Assembly: GCA_963515455.1 (NCBI GenBank)
Contig: CAUPXP010000007.1
Location: forward strand, 19,879 to 83,878
Length of the DNA: 64,000 nucleotides
Direction of reading: 5' to 3'
DNA from: Streptococcus mitis
Lineage (GTDB): Bacteria > Bacillota > Bacilli > Lactobacillales > Streptococcaceae
Part shown: positions 21,987 to 32,796 of the stretch, one piece after another
Layout of the letters: every line of letters starts with the position of its first letter
How positions within the stretch are numbered: the first letter of the stretch is position 1
The notes under the pieces: model-generated
The model's input: the letters and a program-made list of their open reading frames with translations, nothing else
What the model was told of the DNA's origin: nothing
The model's database searches: none
Made by a program: the position numbers and the translations under genes

Positions 21987-23747
21987 ATGGTTGACAAACA
22001 AGTCATTGAAGAAATCAAAAACAATGCCAACATTGTGGAAGTCATAGGAGATGTGATTTCTTTACAAAAGGCAGGACGGAACTATCTAGGGCTCTGTCCT
22101 TTTCATGGTGAAAAAACACCTTCTTTCAACGTTGTAGAGGACAAGCAGTTTTACCACTGTTTTGGTTGTGGCCGCTCGGGTGATGTCTTTAAATTCATCG
22201 AGGAGTACCAAGGGGTTCCCTTTATGGAGGCTGTCCAAATCTTAGGTCAGCGTGTGGGGATTGAGGTTGAAAAACCGCTTTATAGTGAACAGAAGCCAGT
22301 TTCTCCTCACCAAGCTCTTTATGATATGCACGAAGATGCGGCTAAATTTTATCATGCTATTCTCATGACAACGACCATGGGGGAAGAGGCCAGAAACTAC
22401 CTTTATCAGCGTGGTTTGACAGATGAAGTGCTCAAGCATTTTCGGATTGGTTTAGCACCTCCAGAACGCAACTATCTCTATCAACGTTTGTCTGATCAGT
22501 ATCGTGAAGAGGATTTCCTAGATTCAGGACTGTTTTATCTCTCGGATGTCAATCAATTTGTAGACACCTTTCACAATCGCATTATGTTTCCCCTGACAAA
22601 TGACCGGGGAAAGGTCATTGCCTTCTCAGGTCGTATCTGGCAGAAAACGGATTCACAAACTTCTAAGTATAAAAATAGCCGATCGACTGCAATTTTTAAC
22701 AAAAGTTACGAATTATATCATATGGATAGGGCAAAAAAATCTTCTGGAAAAGCCAGTGAGATTTACCTGATGGAAGGGTTCATGGATGTCATCGCAGCCT
22801 ATCGGGCTGGAATCGAAAACGCTGTGGCGTCCATGGGAACGGCCTTGAGTCATGAGCATGTTGAGCATCTGAAAAGGTTAACCAAGAAGTTGGTTCTTGT
22901 TTATGATGGTGATAAGGCTGGGCAAGCTGCGACATTGAAAGCCTTGGATGAAATTGGTGATATGCCTGTGCAAATCGTCAGCATGCCTGATAACTTGGAT
23001 CCAGATGAATATCTACAAAAAAATGGACCAGAAGACTTGGCCTATCTATTAACAAAAACTCGTATTAGTCCGATTGAGTTCTACATTCATCAGTATAAGC
23101 CTGAAAATAGTGAAAATCTGCAGGCCCAGATTGAGTTTATTGAAAAAATAGCTCCCTTGATTGTTCAAGAAAAGTCTATCACTGCTCAAAACAGTTATAT
23201 TCATATTTTAGCTGACAGTCTGGCGTCCTTTGATTATGCCCAGATTGAGCAGATTGTTAATGAAAGTCGTCAGGCGCAAAGGCAGAATCGCATGGAAGGG
23301 ATTTCCAGACCGACGCAAATCACAATGCCTGTCACCAAGCAGTTATCGGCTATTATGAGGGCAGAAGCCCATCTACTTTATCGGATGATGGAATCTCCTC
23401 TTGTTTTGAACGATTACCGCTTGCGAGAAGACTTTGCATTTGATACACCTGAATTTCAGGTCTTATATGACTTGCTTGGCCAGTATGGAAATCTTCCTCC
23501 GGAAGTTTTAGCAGAACAGACAGATGAAGTTGAAAGAGCTTGGTATCAGGTTTTAGCTCAGGATTTACCTGCTGAGATATCGCCACAGGAACTTAGTGAA
23601 GTAGAAATGACTCGTAACAAGGCTCTCTTGAATCAGGACAATATGAGAATCAAAAAGAAGGTGCAGGAAGCTAGCCATGTAGGAGATACCGACACAGCCC
23701 TAGAAGAATTGGAACGTTTAATTTCCCAAAAGAGAAGAATGGAGTAA
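21987..23747 (+). CDS. dnaG: DNA primase
   Basis: Zinc finger [11 protein letters not shown]...CFGCG and TOPRIM region (EGFMDVIA...VYDGDKAG). ATG 21987 lies 7 nt after GGAGG. Confidence 0.95.
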   Translation: MVDKQVIEEIKNNANIVEVIGDVISLQKAGRNYLGLCPFHGEKTPSFNVVEDKQFYHCFGCGRSGDVFKFIEEYQGVPFMEAVQILGQRVGIEVEKPLYSEQKPVSPHQALYDMHEDAAKFYHAILMTTTMGEEARNYLYQRGLTDEVLKHFRIGLAPPERNYLYQRLSDQYREEDFLDSGLFYLSDVNQFVDTFHNRIMFPLTNDRGKVIAFSGRIWQKTDSQTSKYKNSRSTAIFNKSYELYHMDRAKKSSGKASEIYLMEGFMDVIAAYRAGIENAVASMGTALSHEHVEHLKRLTKKLVLVYDGDKAGQAATLKALDEIGDMPVQIVSMPDNLDPDEYLQKNGPEDLAYLLTKTRISPIEFYIHQYKPENSENLQAQIEFIEKIAPLIVQEKSITAQNSYIHILADSLASFDYAQIEQIVNESRQAQRQNRMEGISRPTQITMPVTKQLSAIMRAEAHLLYRMMESPLVLNDYRLREDFAFDTPEFQVLYDLLGQYGNLPPEVLAEQTDEVERAWYQVLAQDLPAEISPQELSEVEMTRNKALLNQDNMRIKKKVQEASHVGDTDTALEELERLISQKRRME

Positions 23748-23749
23748 TA

Positions 23750-24859
23750 ATGGCAACAAAACAAAAAGAAGTAACAACATTTGACGTACAAGTAGCAGAA
23801 TTTATCCGTAATCATAAGCAAAAAGGGACAGCAACAGATGATGAAATCAATGCTAGTCTTGTCGTTCCTTTTACCTTGGACGCTGATGGGATTGAAGATC
23901 TCTTGCAACGGATTCAAGATGCAGGAATTTCTATCACAGATAACGAAGGAAATCCAAGTGCGCGTGTTCTTAGTGCTGAAGAAGAACCAGAACTCAGTGA
24001 TGAGGACTTGATTGGGTCGACTTCTGCTAAGGTTAATGACCCTGTCCGTATGTACTTGAAAGAAATCGGGGTCGTTCCTCTTTTGACCAATGAAGAGGAA
24101 AAAGAGTTAGCACTGGCTGTTGAAGCGGGTGACATCGAAGCTAAACAACGCCTTGCGGAAGCAAACCTTCGTTTGGTTGTTTCTATAGCCAAACGCTATG
24201 TCGGTCGTGGTATGCAGTTCCTTGACTTGATTCAAGAAGGAAATATGGGCTTGATGAAGGCTGTTGACAAGTTTGATTATTCTAAAGGATTCAAGTTCTC
24301 AACTTACGCAACTTGGTGGATTCGTCAGGCCATCACTCGTGCTATTGCAGATCAAGCTCGTACTATCCGTATCCCAGTCCACATGGTTGAAACCATCAAT
24401 AAATTGGTCCGTGAACAGCGGAATCTCCTTCAAGAATTGGGACAAGATCCGACACCAGAACAGATCGCTGAACGTATGGATATGACACCTGATAAGGTTC
24501 GTGAAATCTTGAAGATTGCCCAAGAACCGGTATCCCTTGAAACTCCTATCGGTGAAGAGGATGATAGCCATCTTGGAGACTTTATCGAAGATGAAGTGAT
24601 TGAAAATCCAGTGGATTATACGACTCGTATCGTCTTGCGTGAGCAGTTGGATGAAGTCTTAGATACTCTTACAGACCGTGAAGAAAATGTTCTGCGTCTA
24701 CGTTTTGGACTAGATGATGGGAAAATGCGCACTCTTGAAGATGTGGGGAAAGTCTTTAACGTGACTCGCGAGCGTATCCGTCAGATTGAAGCTAAAGCTT
24801 TGAGAAAACTACGCCAACCAAGTCGCAGCAAACCGCTTCGTGATTTTATTGAAGACTAA
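23750..24859 (+). CDS. rpoD: RNA polymerase sigma factor RpoD (sigma-A)
   Basis: 369 aa with region 2.4 [16 protein letters not shown] and region 4 [20 protein letters not shown]. Confidence 0.97.
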   Translation: MATKQKEVTTFDVQVAEFIRNHKQKGTATDDEINASLVVPFTLDADGIEDLLQRIQDAGISITDNEGNPSARVLSAEEEPELSDEDLIGSTSAKVNDPVRMYLKEIGVVPLLTNEEEKELALAVEAGDIEAKQRLAEANLRLVVSIAKRYVGRGMQFLDLIQEGNMGLMKAVDKFDYSKGFKFSTYATWWIRQAITRAIADQARTIRIPVHMVETINKLVREQRNLLQELGQDPTPEQIAERMDMTPDKVREILKIAQEPVSLETPIGEEDDSHLGDFIEDEVIENPVDYTTRIVLREQLDEVLDTLTDREENVLRLRFGLDDGKMRTLEDVGKVFNVTRERIRQIEAKALRKLRQPSRSKPLRDFIED

Positions 24860-24873
24860 GAGTGAGGATGAAT

Positions 24874-25203
24874 ATGGCTTATACAGAAGAGCAAATTGAT
24901 AACATCAAAACACGCATTTTAACAGCCTTGGAAGAAGTTATCGACCCTGAGTTGGGAATCGATATTGTCAATCTTGGTTTGATTTATGAGATTCGTTTCG
25001 ATGGCGACACAGGGCAAACAGAGATTGATATGACTTTGACAACTATGGGTTGTCCCTTGGCAGACCTTTTGACAGACCAGATTTATGATGCCATGACAGA
25101 GGTACCAGAAGTAACGGATACTGAGGTTAAATTAGTCTGGTATCCAGCCTGGACAGTTGAAAAAATGAGTCGCTATGCACGCATTGCCCTAGGCATTAAG
25201 TAA
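24874..25203 (+). CDS. DUF59/MIP18-family metal-sulfur cluster assembly protein
   Basis: MAYTEEQIDNIK...VIDPELGIDIVNLGLIY...TTMGCPLAD, the typical DUF59 core. Confidence 0.8.
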   Translation: MAYTEEQIDNIKTRILTALEEVIDPELGIDIVNLGLIYEIRFDGDTGQTEIDMTLTTMGCPLADLLTDQIYDAMTEVPEVTDTEVKLVWYPAWTVEKMSRYARIALGIK

Positions 25204-25318
25204 ACAAATAAAAGCATGTGAGAGATTATTGGAAGAGCGAGGAAATTTCCCCCTCTTTTCCTCTAGTCTCTCCTTTCTTTTGCTGATTTTATTCAAAGAA
25301 AATGATATAATAGTAGTT

Positions 25319-26362
25319 ATGGAAAAAAAGAAATTACGCATCAATATGTTGAGTTCAAGTGAGAAAGTGGCAGGACAAGGAGTTTCAGGTGCCTACCGTG
25401 AATTAGTTCGTCTTCTTCACCGTGATGCCAAGGACCAATTGATTGTTACAGAAAATCTTCCAGTAGAGGCAGATGTGACTCACTTTCATACAATTGATTG
25501 CCCCTATTATTTGTCAACATTTCAAAAGAAACGCTCAGGAAGGAAAATTGGCTATGTGCATTTCTTGCCTGATACACTTGAGGGGAGTTTGAAAATTCCA
25601 TTTTTCTTAAAGGGAATTGTGAAACGCTATGTATTTTCTTTTTACAACCGGATGGAGCACTTGGTTGTGGTCAATCCTATGTTTATCGAGGATTTGGTGG
25701 CAGCTGGTATTCCACGTGAAAAAGTGACCTATATTCCTAACTTTGTAAACAAGGAAAAATGGCATCCTCTTCCACAGGAAGAGGTAGCGAGACTGCGTAC
25801 AGAGCTAGGTCTTAGTGACAATCAGTTTATCGTAGTAGGTGCTGGTCAAGTTCAGAAACGCAAAGGGATTGATGATTTTATCCGTCTGGCTGAGGAATTG
25901 CCTCAGATTACCTTTATCTGGGCTGGTGGTTTCTCTTTTGGTGGTATGACAGATGGTTATGAACGCTACAAGAAAATGATGGAAAATCCTCCTAAAAATT
26001 TGATTTTTCCAGGTATTGTATCGCCAGAGCGGATGCGCGAATTGTATGCCCTAGCGGACCTTTTCTTGTTGCCTAGTTACAATGAACTCTTTCCGATGAC
26101 TATTTTAGAGGCTGCCAGTTGTGAAGCTCCGATTATGTTGCGTGATTTAGATCTTTATAAGGTGATTTTGGAGGGGAATTATCGGGCGACAGCAGATAGA
26201 GAAGAGATGAAAGAAGCTATTCTGGAATATCAAGCAAATCCTGCTGCCTTAAAGGATCTCAAAGAAAAGGCTAAGAATATTTCTAGAGAGTATTCTGAAG
26301 AGCATCTGTTACAGATCTGGTTGGAATTTTATGAGAAACAAGCCGCTTTAGGGAGAAAGTAA
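25319..26362 (+). CDS. cpoA: Glycosyltransferase (GT4), CpoA-type diglycosyl-diacylglycerol synthase
   Basis: 347 aa starting MEKKKLRINMLSS. Paired with a second GT4 gene, as in the pneumococcal glycolipid locus. The track extension from 25229 is low-complexity and has no RBS. Confidence 0.8.
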   Translation: MEKKKLRINMLSSSEKVAGQGVSGAYRELVRLLHRDAKDQLIVTENLPVEADVTHFHTIDCPYYLSTFQKKRSGRKIGYVHFLPDTLEGSLKIPFFLKGIVKRYVFSFYNRMEHLVVVNPMFIEDLVAAGIPREKVTYIPNFVNKEKWHPLPQEEVARLRTELGLSDNQFIVVGAGQVQKRKGIDDFIRLAEELPQITFIWAGGFSFGGMTDGYERYKKMMENPPKNLIFPGIVSPERMRELYALADLFLLPSYNELFPMTILEAASCEAPIMLRDLDLYKVILEGNYRATADREEMKEAILEYQANPAALKDLKEKAKNISREYSEEHLLQIWLEFYEKQAALGRK

Positions 26363-26377
26363 AAAGTGAGGTAATCT

Positions 26378-27703
26378 ATGCGAATTGGTTTATTTACAGA
26401 TACCTATTTTCCTCAGGTTTCAGGTGTTGCGACCAGTATTCGAACCTTGAAAACAGAACTTGAAAAGCAGGGGCATGCTGTTTTTATCTTTACGACAACA
26501 GATAAGGATGTCAATCGTTATGAAGATTGGCAAATTATCCGCATTCCAAGTGTTCCTTTCTTTGCTTTTAAGGATCGCCGCTTTGCCTATCGAGGATTCA
26601 GCAAGGCACTGGAAATTGCTAAACAGTATCAGCTAGATATTATTCACACTCAGACAGAATTTTCTCTTGGCCTGTTGGGAATTTGGATTGCGCGAGAACT
26701 GAAAATTCCCGTTATTCATACCTATCACACCCAATACGAAGACTATGTGCATTATATTGCCAAGGGAATGCTGATTCGTCCTAGCATGGTTAAGTATCTG
26801 GTCAGAGGTTTCCTGCATGACGTGGATGGGGTGATTTGTCCTAGTGAGATTGTCCGTGATTTGCTATCTGACTATAAGGTTAAGGTTGAAAAACGCGTCA
26901 TTCCAACAGGGATTGAATTAGCCAAGTTTGAGCGTCCGGAAATCAAGCAGGAAAATTTGAAAGAACTGCGTAGTAAACTAGGGATTCAAGATGATGAAAA
27001 GATGTTGCTTAGTCTTTCCAGAATTTCCTATGAAAAAAATATTCAAGCAGTTTTAGTAGCTTTTGCAGAAGTTCTGAAAGAAGAAGACAAGGTTAAACTG
27101 GTGGTAGCTGGGGACGGTCCTTATCTGGATGACCTCAAAGAGCAAGCTCAGAAACTAGAGATTCAAGACTCTGTTGTCTTTACAGGGATGATTGCTCCTA
27201 GTGAGACAGCTCTTTATTATAAGGCGGCGGATTTCTTCATCTCGGCATCGACAAGTGAAACCCAAGGCTTGACCTACTTGGAAAGCTTAGCCAGTGGGAC
27301 GCCTGTCATTGCACATGGAAATCCTTATCTGGACAATCTTATCAGTGATAAAATGTTTGGAACCTTGTACTATGGAGAACATGATTTGGCTGGTGCTATT
27401 TTGGAAGCCCTGATTGCAACGCCAGATATGAATGAGCATACCTTATCAGAGAAATTGTATGAGATTTCAGCTGAGAACTTTGGGAAACGAGTGCATGAGT
27501 TTTATCTGGATGCCATTATTTCAAATAACTTCCAGAAAGATTTGGCTAAAGATGATACGGTTAGTCAGCGTATCTTTAAGACAGTTTTGTATCTACCGCA
27601 AAAGGTGGTCGCTGTACCGGTAAAAGGCTCTAGACGCATGCTGAAGGCTTCAAAAACACAGTTAATCAGCATCAGAGATTATTGGAAAGACCATGAAGAA
27701 TAG
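26378..27703 (+). CDS. Glycosyltransferase (GT4), monoglucosyl-diacylglycerol synthase type
   Basis: 441 aa starting MRIGLFTDTYFPQVSGVATS, with the E-x7-E-like motif SETQGLTYLESLASGTPV. Confidence 0.85.
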   Translation: MRIGLFTDTYFPQVSGVATSIRTLKTELEKQGHAVFIFTTTDKDVNRYEDWQIIRIPSVPFFAFKDRRFAYRGFSKALEIAKQYQLDIIHTQTEFSLGLLGIWIARELKIPVIHTYHTQYEDYVHYIAKGMLIRPSMVKYLVRGFLHDVDGVICPSEIVRDLLSDYKVKVEKRVIPTGIELAKFERPEIKQENLKELRSKLGIQDDEKMLLSLSRISYEKNIQAVLVAFAEVLKEEDKVKLVVAGDGPYLDDLKEQAQKLEIQDSVVFTGMIAPSETALYYKAADFFISASTSETQGLTYLESLASGTPVIAHGNPYLDNLISDKMFGTLYYGEHDLAGAILEALIATPDMNEHTLSEKLYEISAENFGKRVHEFYLDAIISNNFQKDLAKDDTVSQRIFKTVLYLPQKVVAVPVKGSRRMLKASKTQLISIRDYWKDHEE

Positions 27704-27717
27704 AAAGAGGAACAGCT

Positions 27718-27909
27718 ATGAAAAAACAATTAATGAGAAGTGGGCATGACAAAAAGATTGCGGGTGTTTGTGCCGGAGTGGCCCATTATCTTGATATGGA
27801 TCCAACTATCGTTCGCGTAATATGGGGTGTTCTTGCTTGCTGTTACGGAGCGGGAATTGTAGCTTATATCATTTTATGGATTATTGCACCAGTAGCAACT
27901 GACTATTGA
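27718..27909 (+). CDS. PspC-domain membrane protein
   Basis: 63 aa. RSGHDKKIAGVCAGVAHYLDMDPTIVRVIW is a PspC-domain signature. One TM helix. Confidence 0.75.
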   Translation: MKKQLMRSGHDKKIAGVCAGVAHYLDMDPTIVRVIWGVLACCYGAGIVAYIILWIIAPVATDY

Positions 27910-27967
27910 AAACTAGCTGAATTCATGCTAAGATAATAGAAAATAGAATGTAACGAAGGAGAGAAAA

Positions 27968-28102
27968 ATGGCATTTGGAGATAACGGAAATCGTAAAAAA
28001 ACTATGTTTGAGAAAATAACCTTGTTTATCGTGATTATCATGCTGGTAGCAAGTTTATTGGGAATTTTTGCAACTGCAATTGGTGCCCTCAGTAATCTAT
28101 AA
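27968..28102 (+). CDS. Small hydrophobic protein (44 aa, single TM)
   Basis: Not in the track. Strong RBS AAGGAGAG 6 nt upstream. Hand translation: MAFGDNGNRKKTMFEKITLFIVIIMLVASLLGIFATAIGALSNL. Confidence 0.5.
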   Translation: MAFGDNGNRKKTMFEKITLFIVIIMLVASLLGIFATAIGALSNL

Positions 28103-28165
28103 AATAGATTCAAGAAAATTTAGTGACTGGGATTTCCCAGCCCTTTTTTAAAGTGAGAAGAAAAA

Positions 28166-29476
28166 ATGAGTATGTTTTTAGATACAGCCAAGATTAAGGT
28201 CAAGGCTGGTAATGGTGGTGATGGCATGGTTGCCTTTCGCCGTGAAAAATATGTCCCTAATGGTGGTCCTTGGGGTGGTGATGGTGGTCGTGGAGGCAAT
28301 GTCGTCTTCGTTGTAGACGAAGGTTTGCGTACTTTGATGGATTTCCGCTATAATCGCCATTTCAAGGCTGATTCTGGTGAGAAAGGAATGACCAAAGGGA
28401 TGCATGGCCGTGGTGCTGAGGATCTTAGAGTTCGAGTGCCGCAAGGTACGACTGTCCGTGATGCAGAGACTGGCAAAGTTTTAACAGATTTGATTGAACA
28501 TGGGCAAGAATTTATTGTAGCCCACGGTGGTCGTGGTGGACGTGGAAATATTCGTTTCGCGACACCAAAAAATCCTGCACCGGAAATCTCTGAAAATGGA
28601 GAACCAGGTCAGGAGCGTGAGTTACAATTGGAACTAAAAATCTTGGCAGATGTAGGTTTAGTAGGATTTCCATCTGTTGGGAAATCAACACTGCTCAGTG
28701 TTATTACCTCAGCTAAACCTAAAATCGGCGCCTACCACTTTACGACCATTGTACCAAATCTTGGTATGGTTCGTACCCAATCGGGTGAATCCTTTGCAGT
28801 AGCCGACTTGCCAGGTTTGATTGAAGGGGCTAGTCAAGGTGTTGGTTTGGGAACTCAGTTCCTCCGTCACATTGAGCGTACACGTGTCATCCTTCACATC
28901 ATTGATATGTCAGCTAGCGAAGGCCGTGATCCTTATGAGGACTACTTAGCTATCAATAAGGAGTTAGAGTCTTATAACCTCCGTCTCATGGAACGTCCAC
29001 AGATTATCGTAGCCAATAAGATGGATATGCCTGAGAGTCAAGAAAATCTTAAAGAATTTAAGAAAAAATTGGCTGAAAACTACGATGAATTTGAAGAGTT
29101 ACCAGCTATCTTCCCGATTTCTGGATTGACTAAGCAAGGTCTGGCAACACTTTTGGATGCTACAGCTGAATTGTTAGACAAGACACCAGAATTCTTGCTC
29201 TATGACGAGTCTGATATGGAAGAAGAAGCTTACTATGGATTTGACGAGGAAGAAAAAGCCTTTGAAATTAGCCGTGATGATGATGCGACATGGGTGCTTT
29301 CTGGTGAAAAACTCATGAAACTCTTTAATATGACCAACTTTGATCGTGACGAATCAGTCATGAAATTTGCCCGCCAACTTCGTGGTATGGGGGTTGATGA
29401 AGCCCTTCGTGCGCGTGGTGCTAAGGATGGGGATTTGGTCCGCATTGGTAAATTTGAGTTTGAATTTGTAGACTAG
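28166..29476 (+). CDS. obg: GTPase Obg/CgtA
   Basis: 436 aa with a Gly-rich Obg fold ([16 protein letters not shown]), G1 GFPSVGKST, and a C-terminal TGS-like/OCT domain. Confidence 0.97.
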   Translation: MSMFLDTAKIKVKAGNGGDGMVAFRREKYVPNGGPWGGDGGRGGNVVFVVDEGLRTLMDFRYNRHFKADSGEKGMTKGMHGRGAEDLRVRVPQGTTVRDAETGKVLTDLIEHGQEFIVAHGGRGGRGNIRFATPKNPAPEISENGEPGQERELQLELKILADVGLVGFPSVGKSTLLSVITSAKPKIGAYHFTTIVPNLGMVRTQSGESFAVADLPGLIEGASQGVGLGTQFLRHIERTRVILHIIDMSASEGRDPYEDYLAINKELESYNLRLMERPQIIVANKMDMPESQENLKEFKKKLAENYDEFEELPAIFPISGLTKQGLATLLDATAELLDKTPEFLLYDESDMEEEAYYGFDEEEKAFEISRDDDATWVLSGEKLMKLFNMTNFDRDESVMKFARQLRGMGVDEALRARGAKDGDLVRIGKFEFEFVD

Positions 29477-29485
29477 GAGACTGGT

Positions 29486-29644
29486 ATGGGAGATAAACCG
29501 ATATCTTTCCGAGATGCGGATGGTAATTTTGTTTCCGCCGCAGACGTTTGGAATGAAAAGAAATTGGAAGAACTATTTAATCGTCTCAATCCAAATCGTG
29601 CTCTGAGATTGGCACGAACTAAAAAAGAAAATCCATCTCAGTAA
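29486..29644 (+). CDS. Small conserved-looking hypothetical protein (52 aa)
   Basis: Not in the track. RBS AGGAG 7 nt upstream. MGDKPISFRDADGNFVSAADVWNEKKLEELFNRLNPNRALRLARTKKENPSQ. A strong terminator follows. Confidence 0.45.
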   Translation: MGDKPISFRDADGNFVSAADVWNEKKLEELFNRLNPNRALRLARTKKENPSQ

Positions 29645-29651
29645 AGAATAT

Positions 29652-29689
29652 AACAAAATTCCGTGCCATATCAGACACGGAATTTTGTT
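29652..29689. terminator. Bidirectional intrinsic terminator between the obg operon and convergent argR
   Basis: Perfect 14-bp stem AACAAAATTCCGTG/CACGGAATTTTGTT with A/T runs on both sides. Confidence 0.85.
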
Positions 29690-30158
29690 ATTCTTCAAAG
29701 AAAAATGGTGGAGCGAATTTTTTCAATTCTTCAAAGCATTTTTGAGCAGCTTCTGCATCTTCGCAGATGACGAGACAGACATCATCGCCACAGAGAGTAG
29801 CGATAGCGTCAGGGAAGCTCAAAGCATCAATGATAGAACCAAAGGATTGAGCCAGTCCAGGAAGGGTTTTTAGTAGGACTTGGTGTTGAACTGGGTGCAT
29901 CAAGACAAGGGCGTCTTCCATGTAGAGTTCGAGACGTTTTTCCCATTTTGAGATAGAACCTGTATTAAGAACGTAGTAAGAGTTATCCTCTTCGCGGACT
30001 TTTGACAGGTTCATATTTTTGATGTCGCGTGAGAGAGTTGCCTGGGTAACTTGAATGTCGTTATCAGCAAGAAGGGCTTGCAACTCAGCCTGTGTATGAA
30101 TCTTGTTTTTTGCAACAAGAGCGCGTATGAGTTGGTGGCGGTGTTCAGATTTATTCAT
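29688..30158 (-). CDS. argR: Arginine repressor family regulator (ArgR/AhrC paralog)
   Basis: 156 aa. N-terminal winged helix (RHQLIRALV...TQATLSRDIKNMNL) and C-terminal oligomerisation domain (GDDVCLVICED). Confidence 0.85.
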   Translation of the reverse strand: MNKSEHRHQLIRALVAKNKIHTQAELQALLADNDIQVTQATLSRDIKNMNLSKVREEDNSYYVLNTGSISKWEKRLELYMEDALVLMHPVQHQVLLKTLPGLAQSFGSIIDALSFPDAIATLCGDDVCLVICEDAEAAQKCFEELKKFAPPFFFEE

Positions 30159-30176
30159 AATAATTTAACTCCTTTT

Positions 30177-32450
30177 TTAGTAAGGTATTGTAAGTGTGGA
30201 CTGAGCGAGGTCGACAGTCAAGTGGTAGTCGGTATTGTCACGGATTGTGATTTCAAAGTCAGTAGTATAGAGGACTAAACGAAGAGTATCTCCTTCTTTT
30301 AACTTGTAAATAGTTGGTTGCAGTTCAAATTGCACATCCATCCATTCATCTGCAGTAATATCCTCTACTAACAGTAAATTATTTCTATTTTGTAAATTAA
30401 GGTAACCTTTTGTCACGACGCGTTGTGCATTTTCACGAAAAGGCAATTCGTTAAGATTTTCCAACATGTAGTAGCGTCCATTATCAATGGTTCTAGAACC
30501 TAAAATAGCTGGATAAGGTTGTAGGTATTTCTTCTGTCCAAATTCTAGCAGTTGGGCTGATAAAAGCCCCTTGTTTGTGCTGGATTTGATCCGAAGATTG
30601 AGTTGAGCTCGACCGTTCAAGTGAAGATCTTTGGTTACAGGAAGGTCAATAGTAATCTGATTGACTTTCCCTTGATAGAGTTCTGTATTGAAGGTCTGGT
30701 ATGTCTTACCATAACGATCAAAATCTTTATCTGAGTACTGGTTTTGAATGACTTTCTCTTCTTGACCAAGTGAGAAGGTTTCAAAGTTTTCTTGCCCACC
30801 GAAGTTATCAAGTGATAACCAAGTCTGAGGGGTTGTATTGTCCTGCCAGATAACAGTAGGAAGTTGGAAATCTGTATCTTGTCCCAGTAATTTCTTTGTC
30901 AACAAAGCATTCATGGATTCACGGAAGTCAATTGATTGCCAATTGTTCATGTAAACATGGGCACCATTATGGAAAAAGAGGTGCTTGTTAATATGAGCAG
31001 GCAGGGCATGGAACATCTGGTAAACATGAAGCGGTTTGACATTCCAATCCTGAGAACCATGGGTAAAGACAACCTCTGCTTTTACCTTATGGGTATTGAG
31101 CAGATAGTTGCGGTCATGCCAAAACTGGTTGTAGTCGCCAGACTTGCGATCCAGTTGCACTTTTACTTTTTCTAAGTCAGCTTGGTGAGCCTCATTACCA
31201 CGGATATAGTCACCAGCCAGGAGATTACGAGAGTAGGTTAGTTCAGCCAGGGAGTCAAAATCCTCACCTGGATAACCACCTGGGCTAGTTACCAGACCGT
31301 TTTCACGGTAGTAGTTGTACCAAGATGAAATGCCAGCCTCGGCAATGATAACCTCTAAACCATCGACTCCTGTAGTCGCAAGACCATTGGACATGGTTCC
31401 AAGATAGGAAAGTCCAGTTGTGGCAACTTTTCCGTTTGACCAGTTAGCTTTGACTTGACGTTGGCGCGTATGGTCGGTAAAGGCACGGCAACGACCATTA
31501 AGCCAATCAATGACATTTTTATAAGCCTCGATTTGATGGTAGTCTCCATTAGTCATGAAACCTGTGGAGTCTTTGGTACCAATACCTGACACATAGAGAT
31601 TAGCAAAACCTCGTGGAAGGAAATAGTCATTAAGAGTATAGCTAGAGTTGATATGAGTTAGCTTTTCCTCAGCTTCAGCCACAAGCTCAGCTTGGCCTTG
31701 AGGTTGGACGAGATTGAGTTGAGGTTCCTCTAGTTCAATCTTATGAGCAGGTTTCACCTCAAGCTCGCCCTCCATCTTGTAGAGAGCCTTATCGCTTGCC
31801 TTGTCATTTGTTCCCTGATGATAGGGACTGGCTGTCATGATGGCAGGGATTTGCCCCTCATAACGTGGACGAATAATGCTGACCTTGACTAGATCTGGTA
31901 AGCCTTTTTGGTCAGTATCGACACGAGACTCAACGTAAACGACTTCACGAATGACATCATGGCTAGAAAAAGTAGCCAAACTCTTGCCGTTAAAGTAGTG
32001 ATAGTCATTATCCTCAGGGATAAGACCATCGCTAACAAGTTGGTCGATAAGAGTATTTCCCTTTTTGGTGCGAGTATTGAGTAACTGATAGAGATTTTCA
32101 ATCAAGTCACCATATACAATAGGAAATCCAGTCTCTTTACGAAAAGCTTCACTGTCTTCGAAGTCAACCAAATAAGAAAAGCCTAAAAGTTGAAAAGCAA
32201 CAGTATAAAAAATATCTGCTGTCAAGTCTTTGTCAGATTTGAAAAAAGTTAATATGTTAGTTTCTTTATCTATAGCTAAGCAGGAGAGTGGATAGTCGGT
32301 GTTCTCATAAGTGAAAAAGAAGCGACGTAAAAAAGTTTCCAGTAATTCCTTGGGATTGGCTGTGTTTTGTAAATCAAAGCCATATTTTTTTAGTTCAGAT
32401 AAGATATTTTCTTTTGGAAAAGTGATATAACTATATTGATTAAAACGCAT
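30177..32450 (-). CDS. pepX: Xaa-Pro dipeptidyl-peptidase PepX (S15)
   Basis: 757 aa starting MRFNQYSYI..., with the serine nucleophile context GLSYLGT. Confidence 0.93.
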   Translation of the reverse strand: MRFNQYSYITFPKENILSELKKYGFDLQNTANPKELLETFLRRFFFTYENTDYPLSCLAIDKETNILTFFKSDKDLTADIFYTVAFQLLGFSYLVDFEDSEAFRKETGFPIVYGDLIENLYQLLNTRTKKGNTLIDQLVSDGLIPEDNDYHYFNGKSLATFSSHDVIREVVYVESRVDTDQKGLPDLVKVSIIRPRYEGQIPAIMTASPYHQGTNDKASDKALYKMEGELEVKPAHKIELEEPQLNLVQPQGQAELVAEAEEKLTHINSSYTLNDYFLPRGFANLYVSGIGTKDSTGFMTNGDYHQIEAYKNVIDWLNGRCRAFTDHTRQRQVKANWSNGKVATTGLSYLGTMSNGLATTGVDGLEVIIAEAGISSWYNYYRENGLVTSPGGYPGEDFDSLAELTYSRNLLAGDYIRGNEAHQADLEKVKVQLDRKSGDYNQFWHDRNYLLNTHKVKAEVVFTHGSQDWNVKPLHVYQMFHALPAHINKHLFFHNGAHVYMNNWQSIDFRESMNALLTKKLLGQDTDFQLPTVIWQDNTTPQTWLSLDNFGGQENFETFSLGQEEKVIQNQYSDKDFDRYGKTYQTFNTELYQGKVNQITIDLPVTKDLHLNGRAQLNLRIKSSTNKGLLSAQLLEFGQKKYLQPYPAILGSRTIDNGRYYMLENLNELPFRENAQRVVTKGYLNLQNRNNLLLVEDITADEWMDVQFELQPTIYKLKEGDTLRLVLYTTDFEITIRDNTDYHLTVDLAQSTLTIPY

Positions 32451-32796
32451 AGAACCTCCATATAGAATGATAGTTAAGGTTATTATATCAAAAAAAAAGC
32501 AGAAAGGGAATTGTTAACTGCAAAAGGAAATAATCCAATAAAAATGAATAAAGTGCTAAATTCAATATAGAGAACAGTGTAATAATAGATATAATAGTTA
32601 TAATATAAAAATTCTAGGAGATTTATATTATATGTTTTCTATTTTTATATATAATATAGTATAAATATAAAAAAACGATGACAAAATACAAATGGATAGA
32701 AAGTAAATTAGTAAGCTGATGAAATTTTTCTCAAGAGCAGCCTTTTATAGGTGAAAATGGTATAATATAGTGAGAAGGATAGAGGAGAAGTGTAAA

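Noticed and set aside
32632-32664. 10-codon ORF MFSIFIYNIV with an AGGAG 11 nt upstream, in the pepX-dnaE spacer. Considered as a possible SHP-like pheromone or leader peptide.
   Set aside because: It is too short, lies in extremely AT-rich sequence where such ORFs arise by chance, and has no adjacent Rgg/PlcR-type regulator or transporter.
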